Assembly (NCBI GenBank): GCA_943356745.1
Contig: CALRFT010000001.1
Span: 11,946-75,945 of the forward strand
Direction: 5' to 3'
From: Parcubacteria group bacterium
GTDB taxonomy: Bacteria; Patescibacteriota; Minisyncoccia; Phycocordibacterales; CSBR16-119
DNA: 64,000 nt
The notes under the pieces were generated by a model that made no database searches, had not been told where the DNA came from, and worked only from the letters and a program-made list of their open reading frames with translations. Within the stretch, counting starts at the first letter, position 1. Each line of letters opens with the position of its first letter. This document shows positions 35,723-43,182 of this stretch, in pieces. A program made the position numbers and the translations under genes.

Positions 35723-36046
35723 TTATTGATTAAAGGCAAATGTTGACTCTGTGTTAACATATACTTCTTCAGTATAACTCACAAAACCAAGCTCAGGAAG
35801 TGATTCTTTGTGAATCGAGTTGTAGTAAGAAAAAAGATCACTCTCAAGAGTTGCGATCTCTGTTCGAGCCATTGAAATTTCTTGTTCAACATTTTTTTTG
35901 TTTACCACGTTGTAGATAGTTTTTCCTGTCAGAACGATATATGTCCCAAAAAGAAGTAGCACAATACAAGACATTGTCTGTACCAACTTTTTCATTGAAT
36001 AATTTCTATTTTTGATTGTAATGTATGCTGCTTCGTTTTTAAACAT
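35723..36046 (-). CDS. ftsL: FtsL-like cell division protein
   Basis: Small protein with one TM helix and a coiled coil, between rsmH and ftsI. The true start may be the internal MKKLVQ. Confidence 0.55.
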   Translation of the reverse strand: MFKNEAAYITIKNRNYSMKKLVQTMSCIVLLLFGTYIVLTGKTIYNVVNKKNVEQEISMARTEIATLESDLFSYYNSIHKESLPELGFVSYTEEVYVNTESTFAFNQ

Positions 36047-36076
36047 ATGCGTGTGATGCGTAGTAAACTAATAAAC

Positions 36077-36976
36077 TTACCTCATTTCAAACACTCGTAA
36101 TTTCGCGCTTCGTGATCGCGGATTTTGTTTGATTTCATCTCCTGTTGGAATAATTGGTTTTTTGGTAATTCGTGTACCAATCCCATCTAGTTCCATTTGA
36201 TGAAATGCTCTTTTAATGATTCTGTCTTCAAGGCTATGAAAAGAAATGATTGCCACTCTTCCTTGTGAAGCCATGATTCGTGGAACAGATTCAAGAAAAG
36301 ACTTTAGGTTTTCCAATTCTCGGTTGACTGCGATTCTAATCGCTTGAAAGGTTTTTGTTGCCGGGTGAATTTTTCCTTTCTGGTAAAACAAAGGAACTGA
36401 TTTTTTAACAATATCTGCAAGTTCAAAGGTTGTTTGAATCGCTTTCGTTTTTCGTGCTTCGATGATAGCTTTTGCAATACGTCGACTAAACTGTTCCTCT
36501 CCAAAACCATAAATGATATCTGCAATACTTTCTTCTGACCAGTGATTTACAACATCGTATGCTGTAACATCTTCTGGAGAATCTGAAAGTGTCATAATCA
36601 GTGACTCATCTTTCATAAAAGAAAAGCCTCTTCCTTCTACCTCGAGCTGATTTGAACTAAAACCAAGATCGAGAACAACTTTATTAATTGACTGCATGTG
36701 TTTTTCGCCCACTGCTTTTTCAATATCTCCAAAGTTTGTTTTTATGAAAGAAACCTGAGAAGACCAACCTGCTTGTTTCAAACGTTCCTCTGAACGATTG
36801 AGAGCGTTTTGATCAAGATCAAGCCCAAGAACAAATATATTACCTTTCATTTTCTCAAGCATAAGGAGTGTATGACCTCCGGCACCAAGTGTGCCGTCGA
36901 CAACAATATCTCCTTTTTGCAAATTGAGAAAATCAACTGTTTCTTGTAAAAGTACTGTTATGTGTACATTCTTCAT
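36077..36976 (-). CDS. rsmH: 16S rRNA (cytosine1402-N4)-methyltransferase
   Basis: MraW family (HITVLLQE..., DGTLGAGGH). Start chosen at MKNVHITVLL. Confidence 0.92.
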   Translation of the reverse strand: MKNVHITVLLQETVDFLNLQKGDIVVDGTLGAGGHTLLMLEKMKGNIFVLGLDLDQNALNRSEERLKQAGWSSQVSFIKTNFGDIEKAVGEKHMQSINKVVLDLGFSSNQLEVEGRGFSFMKDESLIMTLSDSPEDVTAYDVVNHWSEESIADIIYGFGEEQFSRRIAKAIIEARKTKAIQTTFELADIVKKSVPLFYQKGKIHPATKTFQAIRIAVNRELENLKSFLESVPRIMASQGRVAIISFHSLEDRIIKRAFHQMELDGIGTRITKKPIIPTGDEIKQNPRSRSAKLRVFEMR

Positions 36977-36989
36977 ATGCGTTTTGAGA

Positions 36990-37424
36990 CTAGAGCATTC
37001 CAGCATGGCCGAGTTTTTCTGCCAGCTGATCTGCTTGTCCTTCTACAACCTTCTTATAACCATTCCATGTTTCTTCATCCCAAAGTTCAATACGATTTTG
37101 AACTCCGACCAGAGCTATTTTTGAGTTGAGACCAGCTCTTGTTTTAAGAAAATCTGGAACCAGAATTCTTCCACTTGAGTCGACATCAACCTCTTGAGCT
37201 CCTCCAAACATATATCGGTTAAAACTTCGATTATCCGCTTGAAGCATCGAGTTTTCAGCAAGGCGATCCGCCATTACCTGCCACTCTTTTTGAGTAAAAA
37301 CAAAAAGACAATTATCCAAACCAGGTGTTACAACCAGATTCTTCCCCATTTCTTTACGAAACTTTGCAGGAAGTGAAAGACGATTTTTTTCGTCCATTGT
37401 ATGTATGTATTCACCGATAAGCAT
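36990..37424 (-). CDS. mraZ: transcriptional regulator MraZ
   Basis: Duplicated MraZ domain (DEKNRLSLPAKFR ... DSSGRILVPDFL). Confidence 0.9.
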   Translation of the reverse strand: MLIGEYIHTMDEKNRLSLPAKFRKEMGKNLVVTPGLDNCLFVFTQKEWQVMADRLAENSMLQADNRSFNRYMFGGAQEVDVDSSGRILVPDFLKTRAGLNSKIALVGVQNRIELWDEETWNGYKKVVEGQADQLAEKLGHAGML

Positions 37425-37520
37425 ATTGAGTAAAAGTCTTTTTATGTCTACGAAACGTGCGGATTTCTAAGGATAATCCGCACATTCGTATACGTGCGTT
37501 TGTTTGCGTGTTGAGATTTT

Positions 37521-37566
37521 CCCACTTCATCCCACCACGCATTAATTATATTCCATTTCATCCCAC
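37521..37566 (-). promoter_or_regulatory. mraZ promoter with GTGGG direct repeats (MraZ boxes)
   Basis: On the minus strand there is a GTGGG, a TATAAT -10, then two GTGGG repeats with a 10-bp period (GTGGGatgaaGTGGG). Confidence 0.55.
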
Positions 37567-37584
37567 TCTCAAACTTTTTTATGG

Positions 37585-37626
37585 GGATAACCAACACAAA
37601 AAGCAGGGTTCGCTTCGCGAACCCTG
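37585..37626. terminator. bidirectional terminator
   Basis: aagcagggttcgc-ttcg-cgaaccctgctt flanked by A/T runs. Confidence 0.8.
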
Positions 37627-37660
37627 CTTTTTGTGTTCCGTTATTGACTCATAATAAAAA

Positions 37661-37832
37661 ATATTTTATTATGAAAACAAATCTGACACCTATGGACGAA
37701 AGCATGGAATTGAAAGAATCTGTTTGTGTAGGAAAAACAGAAACAGGAAATCAAATCTTTTTCTACGCTGGAGGATTTCCGGCAAGTAGTGAAGCTACGA
37801 ATGGAAATCCTCTTTTTCAAATAAAAAAATAA
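37661..37832 (+). CDS. small protein (56 aa), questionable
   Basis: MKTNLTPMDESMELKESVCVGKTETGNQIFFYAGGFPASSEATNGNPLFQIKK. Lies between two terminators; TTGACT sits 22 nt upstream. Confidence 0.3.
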
Positions 37833-37850
37833 CCCGTGGAAATAACCACA

Positions 37851-37879
37851 AAAAACCCCGCAAAGCGCGGGGGTTTTTT
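37851..37879. terminator. bidirectional terminator
   Basis: aaaaaccccgcaaagcgcgggggtttttt. Confidence 0.8.
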
Positions 37880-37886
37880 CTACTTC

Positions 37887-39371
37887 TTAGATATCCTTAT
37901 CCCTCATAATCGGGAAGAAAATAACATCTCGAAGATTTTTTTGTTCTGTGAATATTGAAACAAGTCTATCGATTCCCATTCCAAATCCAGTCATTGGAGG
38001 CATTCCGTGTTCCATAGCAGTGAGAAAGCGCTCATCAATTTCCATTGCTTCTTCATCACCACTCTCTTTTGCTTGTGATTGCTTCTCAAGAAGATTTCTC
38101 TGAACAAATGGATCAACAAGTTCAGCATATTGGTTTGTAATTTCAGCACCAGCAACAATAAGCTGCGTTACCTTCGCTGTCCCATCACCATTTTGCTGCG
38201 CGAGAGGTTTTAAATCACTTGGATAATTCGTAACAAAAGTTGGATTAATAATTTTATAGCGAGAAGATTTTTTGAAGATAAAATCAAGGAGATTTCCCTT
38301 TCCAGTAGTTTTCACTTCTTTCTCTTCCATCCCAAACTCCTCTGCTTTCTTTTGGATTTCAGAAAGTGAAGCTGAGCTCATATCTATATCTGCATTCTCT
38401 TTGAGTAATTCAGAAAAAGAAACCCGTTGCCAATTTCCTGCAAAATCAACAAGTACACTATTTCCGTCTTTGTCATATACAGTAAAATCTGTTTTTCCAA
38501 CCACGTCTCGAGCAATACCTTTTAACATTTCTTCTGTCCAATTCATGTTATCTTCCAGAGTATTATATGCAGAGTACCATTCAATCATGGTGAACTCTTG
38601 AATATGTGTTGGGTCAGAACCTTCATTTCGGAAATTTTTTCCGATTTCATAGATTCTGTTGTATCCACCAACCATAAGCATTTTGTGTTCGAGCTCAAGG
38701 GAAATTCGAAGTACCATATCCATATCATAATCATTATGGTGAGTGTTGAATGTTTTTGCCATTGCACCCCCTGCTTGGTTTTGAAGAATTGGAGTTTCTA
38801 TTTCAAGAAAGCCTTTATTGTCCAGATACTGACGAATAGCTTTGATAATATTTGAACGTATAATAAATCGTTCAAACACTTCTTTGTCAGACAAAATATC
38901 AAGATATCGTTTTCGGTAGCGTTCTTCAACATCTTGAAGTCCTGCCCATTTTTCTGGAAGTGGAAGAAGAGACTTAGTTGCCATCTTCCAAGAGTTCATC
39001 AAAATAGAACTTTGTCCTCGCTCTGTTTTGAAAAGTTCACCACGAACTTCTATAAAATCACCAAGATCAATAGTATCTCTGAAAAGTGAGAATTGTTTTT
39101 CTTCCATCTCGTCTTTTTTAAGTACAGCTTGAAATTCTGCTGTTCCATCATTTAAAACAACAAAAGAAATAGCTCCTTGTCCACGAACTGCCATCACTCT
39201 TCCGACTACAGAAATCTCATTCGCATCAGCAAGAAAATCATTAAAACGAAGTTCTAATTCTTTTAATGTTACATCACGTTGTACCGAGTTAGCAAAAGGC
39301 TCCATACCAGCATCGCGTAGTATGGAGATCTTTTGTTCTCGTATTTGTTTTATTTCATCTATTCGAGACAT
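37887..39371 (-). CDS. lysS: lysine--tRNA ligase (class II)
   Basis: N-terminal OB-fold anticodon-binding domain plus class II motifs (FRNEG, GMGIDRL). Confidence 0.95.
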   Translation of the reverse strand: MSRIDEIKQIREQKISILRDAGMEPFANSVQRDVTLKELELRFNDFLADANEISVVGRVMAVRGQGAISFVVLNDGTAEFQAVLKKDEMEEKQFSLFRDTIDLGDFIEVRGELFKTERGQSSILMNSWKMATKSLLPLPEKWAGLQDVEERYRKRYLDILSDKEVFERFIIRSNIIKAIRQYLDNKGFLEIETPILQNQAGGAMAKTFNTHHNDYDMDMVLRISLELEHKMLMVGGYNRIYEIGKNFRNEGSDPTHIQEFTMIEWYSAYNTLEDNMNWTEEMLKGIARDVVGKTDFTVYDKDGNSVLVDFAGNWQRVSFSELLKENADIDMSSASLSEIQKKAEEFGMEEKEVKTTGKGNLLDFIFKKSSRYKIINPTFVTNYPSDLKPLAQQNGDGTAKVTQLIVAGAEITNQYAELVDPFVQRNLLEKQSQAKESGDEEAMEIDERFLTAMEHGMPPMTGFGMGIDRLVSIFTEQKNLRDVIFFPIMRDKDI

Positions 39372-39377
39372 GTACTA

Positions 39378-39842
39378 TTATTTTACATCAATAATTGTAT
39401 ATGTGCTTTGTCCTCCTGGTGTTGAAAACGTAACTTCATCACCTTTTTTGTGTTCAAACAAAGCAGCACCGAGTGGTGACTTATAAGAAAGTTTTCCTGA
39501 AGCCATATCTGCTTCTTCTGGACCAACCATCTTGTATTCCTTTTGTTCCTTTGTTCCCTTCTTTTGAACAACAACATGTGAACCAACCTTAATCACTCCT
39601 GTTTTTGATCCACTTGAAACAATTGCTGTTTTGAGAATATATTCAATTTCTTTTATTCGGGCTTCGTTTTTTCCTTGGGCTTCTCGCGCTTGATGATATT
39701 CAGCATTTTCTGACAAATCCCCAAGAGACTTTGCAAATTCAAGAGCTTCTATAATTTCCTGTCGTTTCGTAGAAGACAATTCTTTCAGCTCTTTTTCAAG
39801 GTCTACTTTTTGTTCTTTTGTAATGTAAAGATTATTATCCAT
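39378..39842 (-). CDS. greA: transcription elongation factor GreA
   Basis: 154 aa with a coiled-coil N-terminal domain and an FKBP-like C-terminal domain; TTGACA/TATACC promoter upstream. Confidence 0.9.
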   Translation of the reverse strand: MDNNLYITKEQKVDLEKELKELSSTKRQEIIEALEFAKSLGDLSENAEYHQAREAQGKNEARIKEIEYILKTAIVSSGSKTGVIKVGSHVVVQKKGTKEQKEYKMVGPEEADMASGKLSYKSPLGAALFEHKKGDEVTFSTPGGQSTYTIIDVK

Positions 39843-39892
39843 GGCACTTATGGTATATTGCTAATCCTCTTATGTCAATCGACCTTTGTGGG

Positions 39893-41596
39893 TTACTCTG
39901 GATTCAAATATTCAGGTCTTTCAATTCTCATCCAGTCAAATATTTGCCTCATAACAAACGACGCACTTATTTCTGCTTTACTTGGTCCTCGTTCCATCAT
40001 GACAACAAAGGCGTATTTTGGTTCTTCGTATGGGAAAAATCCAATTACCCAAGAATTAACAAGGGAATTTCTTGGACCGGTTTGTGCTGTTCCTGTTTTT
40101 GCTGCAACCGATACATAGGAAACATTAAGAAATTGTCCTGTTCCGTCTGTTACAACCTGTCTCATTCCTTCTTGTACAATTTGAATATGCTCTGGATCAA
40201 ATTTTTCTGAAAGAGGCACACTTTGCTCTGTATCAGGATCGAAAACAATATATGGAGTGATAAGGTTTCCACCATTTGCAAGTGACGCAACCGCACGAAG
40301 CATTTGCATCGGTGTTACTTGAAATCCATATTGACCAATAGCAGTGTTGTAGGTATCTCCAAGACGCCAAATATCTCCATTAAAGATTTTTGCTTTCCAA
40401 TCTGGATTAGGAATCACACCAGCAATCTCACCAGAAAGTGCAATATTTGTTTTTGAACCAATACCAAAAACTTTTACATACTTTTCAATTCGAGTAATTC
40501 CAAGTCCAGGCTGACCTTTATTTCCACCTCCAATAATATAGAAGAAATTATTGACTGATTCTGCAAGAGCTTTTCGAACATCAGTCCAACCAACCGGCTC
40601 GTCCTGCCAATCTCGAAAAACACTCACCACGTTTGGATCATAAGGACTCACAACCTCAAGAGTTCCATCACTATAAAATCTTGTGCTTTCGGTAATAATA
40701 CCTTCGTGAAGCGCAGCAAGAGCAACAAAAGGTTTTACAGTAGAGCCTGGTGAATACAAACCACCTAGGGCTCTATTCAAGAACGGTTTTCGTTCATCTT
40801 TAAATAATGCATTAATCGTCGCTGCGTCTTCACCGGAAGAAAGTATATTTGGATCATACTCTGGATAACTAGCAAGTGTAAGAAGTTCTCCTGTTTCAAT
40901 ATCCATAATAGCAACTGCGCCACCCTGATATCCGACACGACCACTCAAATCAGCCATCGCCTCGTAAGCTTTTTGTTGAACACCAGCATCAATAGTTAAT
41001 GTAAGAGTCCTTCCATGATCTGGTTGGTTTACTGTATTTTCAGAAATAATTTCACCTTTTACATTTCTTTCAATAATTTTTTCTCCGTTAATTCCATTTA
41101 CATGCTGATTGAAATCTTTTTCAATTCCAGTAACACCTTCAAATTCTTTTTTCCAATAAAATCCAGCTTTATCTTTTTGTGGGTATGTCACATACCCAAG
41201 AAGAACGCCGAAACCAGGATTTGTTGTATATTTTCTCTCAGCAAAATCACTTCCTTCTTCTCTTCTTTCATTCCAAGCAAGTTCTACCCCGTTTCTATCC
41301 TGAATAATTCCACGATCAGCAAAGAGAATATCTCTATCAAGACTATTTCGAATACTCAATTCTTTATAGTGCTCACCATCGCGAAGCTGAAGTGCGTATA
41401 ACCTTCCAGAAAATAAAATACAGATTAAACAGAAAATAAGCCCAAGAATTGTTGGAATATATTTTCGTATAGGAGTTTCAATTCGTCCCTCAAATTGCTG
41501 ACGATCAAAATTAGGAGAATTTAAAGAATCAAGAAAAACCTCATCAAGAAACAATTCTTTATTTTTATTTTTTTTCTTAATCTTTAAAAGTCTCAT
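39893..41596 (-). CDS. mrdA: penicillin-binding protein 2-type transpeptidase
   Basis: N-terminal TM helix, STVKP (SxxK), SGN and KTGTAQ motifs. Confidence 0.88.
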   Translation of the reverse strand: MRLLKIKKKNKNKELFLDEVFLDSLNSPNFDRQQFEGRIETPIRKYIPTILGLIFCLICILFSGRLYALQLRDGEHYKELSIRNSLDRDILFADRGIIQDRNGVELAWNERREEGSDFAERKYTTNPGFGVLLGYVTYPQKDKAGFYWKKEFEGVTGIEKDFNQHVNGINGEKIIERNVKGEIISENTVNQPDHGRTLTLTIDAGVQQKAYEAMADLSGRVGYQGGAVAIMDIETGELLTLASYPEYDPNILSSGEDAATINALFKDERKPFLNRALGGLYSPGSTVKPFVALAALHEGIITESTRFYSDGTLEVVSPYDPNVVSVFRDWQDEPVGWTDVRKALAESVNNFFYIIGGGNKGQPGLGITRIEKYVKVFGIGSKTNIALSGEIAGVIPNPDWKAKIFNGDIWRLGDTYNTAIGQYGFQVTPMQMLRAVASLANGGNLITPYIVFDPDTEQSVPLSEKFDPEHIQIVQEGMRQVVTDGTGQFLNVSYVSVAAKTGTAQTGPRNSLVNSWVIGFFPYEEPKYAFVVMMERGPSKAEISASFVMRQIFDWMRIERPEYLNPE

Positions 41597-41609
41597 ATGA
41601 CAATACTAG

Positions 41610-41879
41610 TTACTCTTTAGCAAGGTAATTATTAAATCTTGTTCTTGTGTGAACAAGCCAAGAAATCACATAGATTCCAAGCCCCCACACAAGATACACA
41701 GCCTCAAATGATGCTTTATTATACACATAAACACTATTCAAAACCACCATGATGATAAATATTTCCCAGTAATTACGAAACCAAAGACTAGCAAGAAAAG
41801 TAAGAAATAAGAATATCCATACTGGTAATAGAAAGCCAAGGATAGCAAGAATGGAAGTTATAAACACACGTACAATCAT
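41610..41879 (-). CDS. small polytopic membrane protein in the mreD position
   Basis: 89 aa with 2-3 TM helices, directly upstream of mrdA. Confidence 0.45.
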   Translation of the reverse strand: MIVRVFITSILAILGFLLPVWIFLFLTFLASLWFRNYWEIFIIMVVLNSVYVYNKASFEAVYLVWGLGIYVISWLVHTRTRFNNYLAKE

Positions 41880-41881
41880 AT

Positions 41882-42643
41882 TTATTCTTGGCTATAATCT
41901 TTTCGAATAATCCTTTTAAAGAGTTGTATAAGTTTTGAAAGAATCCAAAACAAAAGAACAAGAACCAAAGCAAAAAATAATATTTTTTTGGTAACAATAA
42001 AAAGAAGCATTGTCACAATAATTCCATGAACTACAATGATAGCCTTTATTTTATCTGTTGTGTCTTCTTTTTGTTGGTTAATTCTTTCTTGAGTCTCTTG
42101 AAGTGGTTGTATTTTTGATTCTCTCCAAATATTAAGATTATTTGTAATTGTGGTAAAAAATTCTTGAGTCTCGTCAATAACCCCAGCAACAATTGCTCCA
42201 AAACCTCCTTTCTGTCTTAGATTTTCGGCAATATTAGAACTTTTAAATCCAATCATGAATTCTTTTGGTGTTGTTGAAGGACCAAGAATTGCAACATTAG
42301 AGCCTTCCAGTTTCAAATTTTCTGCTTTTGCAACAAAACTATGCTCCCCAAGAATTGCTTGCCAAGTAATAACATATTCACCAGATTGACCTCCTTCAAG
42401 GTTAAGTTCTCTTGAACCAAGTAATACATCAGCATTATAGAAACTTATTTTTCCAGTCAGGGTTTTGTCTTCGAAGTTTGCAAAACGAACCAAAAGCTCA
42501 ACCTCATCACCTTCTACAATAGAATTCTTTTGTATCTCAACAGTTTCTGTAGTAAAACCTGTTGTATTTGCGTACACCAAAGAAACACCGAAAAGTAACG
42601 ATGCGACAAAGACTGCAAAAGTTAATGATATTTTTTTAAACAT
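41882..42643 (-). CDS. secreted protein with C-terminal TM helices, in the mreC position
   Basis: Signal peptide (MFKKISLTFAVFVASLLFGVSLVYA), a beta-rich body and two C-terminal TM helices. Confidence 0.5.
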   Translation of the reverse strand: MFKKISLTFAVFVASLLFGVSLVYANTTGFTTETVEIQKNSIVEGDEVELLVRFANFEDKTLTGKISFYNADVLLGSRELNLEGGQSGEYVITWQAILGEHSFVAKAENLKLEGSNVAILGPSTTPKEFMIGFKSSNIAENLRQKGGFGAIVAGVIDETQEFFTTITNNLNIWRESKIQPLQETQERINQQKEDTTDKIKAIIVVHGIIVTMLLFIVTKKILFFALVLVLLFWILSKLIQLFKRIIRKDYSQE

Positions 42644-42671
42644 ACTCTTATTATATACTATGTATTTCTTT

Positions 42672-43115
42672 CTATTTAAGAGTATCTTCGTTTGAAACAA
42701 AGTTATCTACTTCAAAAGTGAATGTTGAAGAAACACCATTTACCACAACATTATAATCACCTTTTAGAAGCCCATCTGTTCCCTCAAGGATGAAAGAGGT
42801 ATCAAAAGCAGAAAGAACTTGAGCGCATTGTATATCAAGAGGTCGTTTGGTTTGAAGATTTACAACAAAATCACCATCTTTCCCATCTCGAGATTGCACA
42901 ATATCTCCAAGTTCTGTACAAGCATCTGGCAAATCTCCAGACACACTTACTCGAACTCCCATAGGAAATGATTCTTGAAGAGAGGTCGAAACGCTTGTTA
43001 CACTTGCTTCACCGATAGCAAAATTAGTCATTTCTTCTTTTTTATTTTTCTTAAGAATAACAATCACAATAATGGCAATAATAAGGACTCCTAGAACTAT
43101 AAGTAGTTTTTTCAT
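42672..43115 (-). CDS. membrane-anchored hypothetical protein
   Basis: N-terminal TM helix (LLIVLGVLIIAIIVIVIL) followed by a beta-rich domain. Confidence 0.5.
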   Translation of the reverse strand: MKKLLIVLGVLIIAIIVIVILKKNKKEEMTNFAIGEASVTSVSTSLQESFPMGVRVSVSGDLPDACTELGDIVQSRDGKDGDFVVNLQTKRPLDIQCAQVLSAFDTSFILEGTDGLLKGDYNVVVNGVSSTFTFEVDNFVSNEDTLK

Positions 43116-43168
43116 AATAGTATTTTTTATGTTTATAAATTACACATATAGTATAGCAAATTCAAAGG

Positions 43169-43174
43169 TATAAT
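43169..43174 (+). promoter_or_regulatory. -10 TATAAT 8 nt upstream of the P-type ATPase ATG
   Basis: TATAAT, then gtctctat, then ATG at 43183. Confidence 0.4.
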
Positions 43175-43182
43175 GTCTCTAT

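Noticed and set aside
37581-37832. Long form (83 aa) of the small ORF, starting at 37581
   Set aside because: The N-terminal extension is read straight through a strong bidirectional terminator hairpin (37585-37626). The internal ATG at 37661 downstream of the hairpin is the only plausible start.
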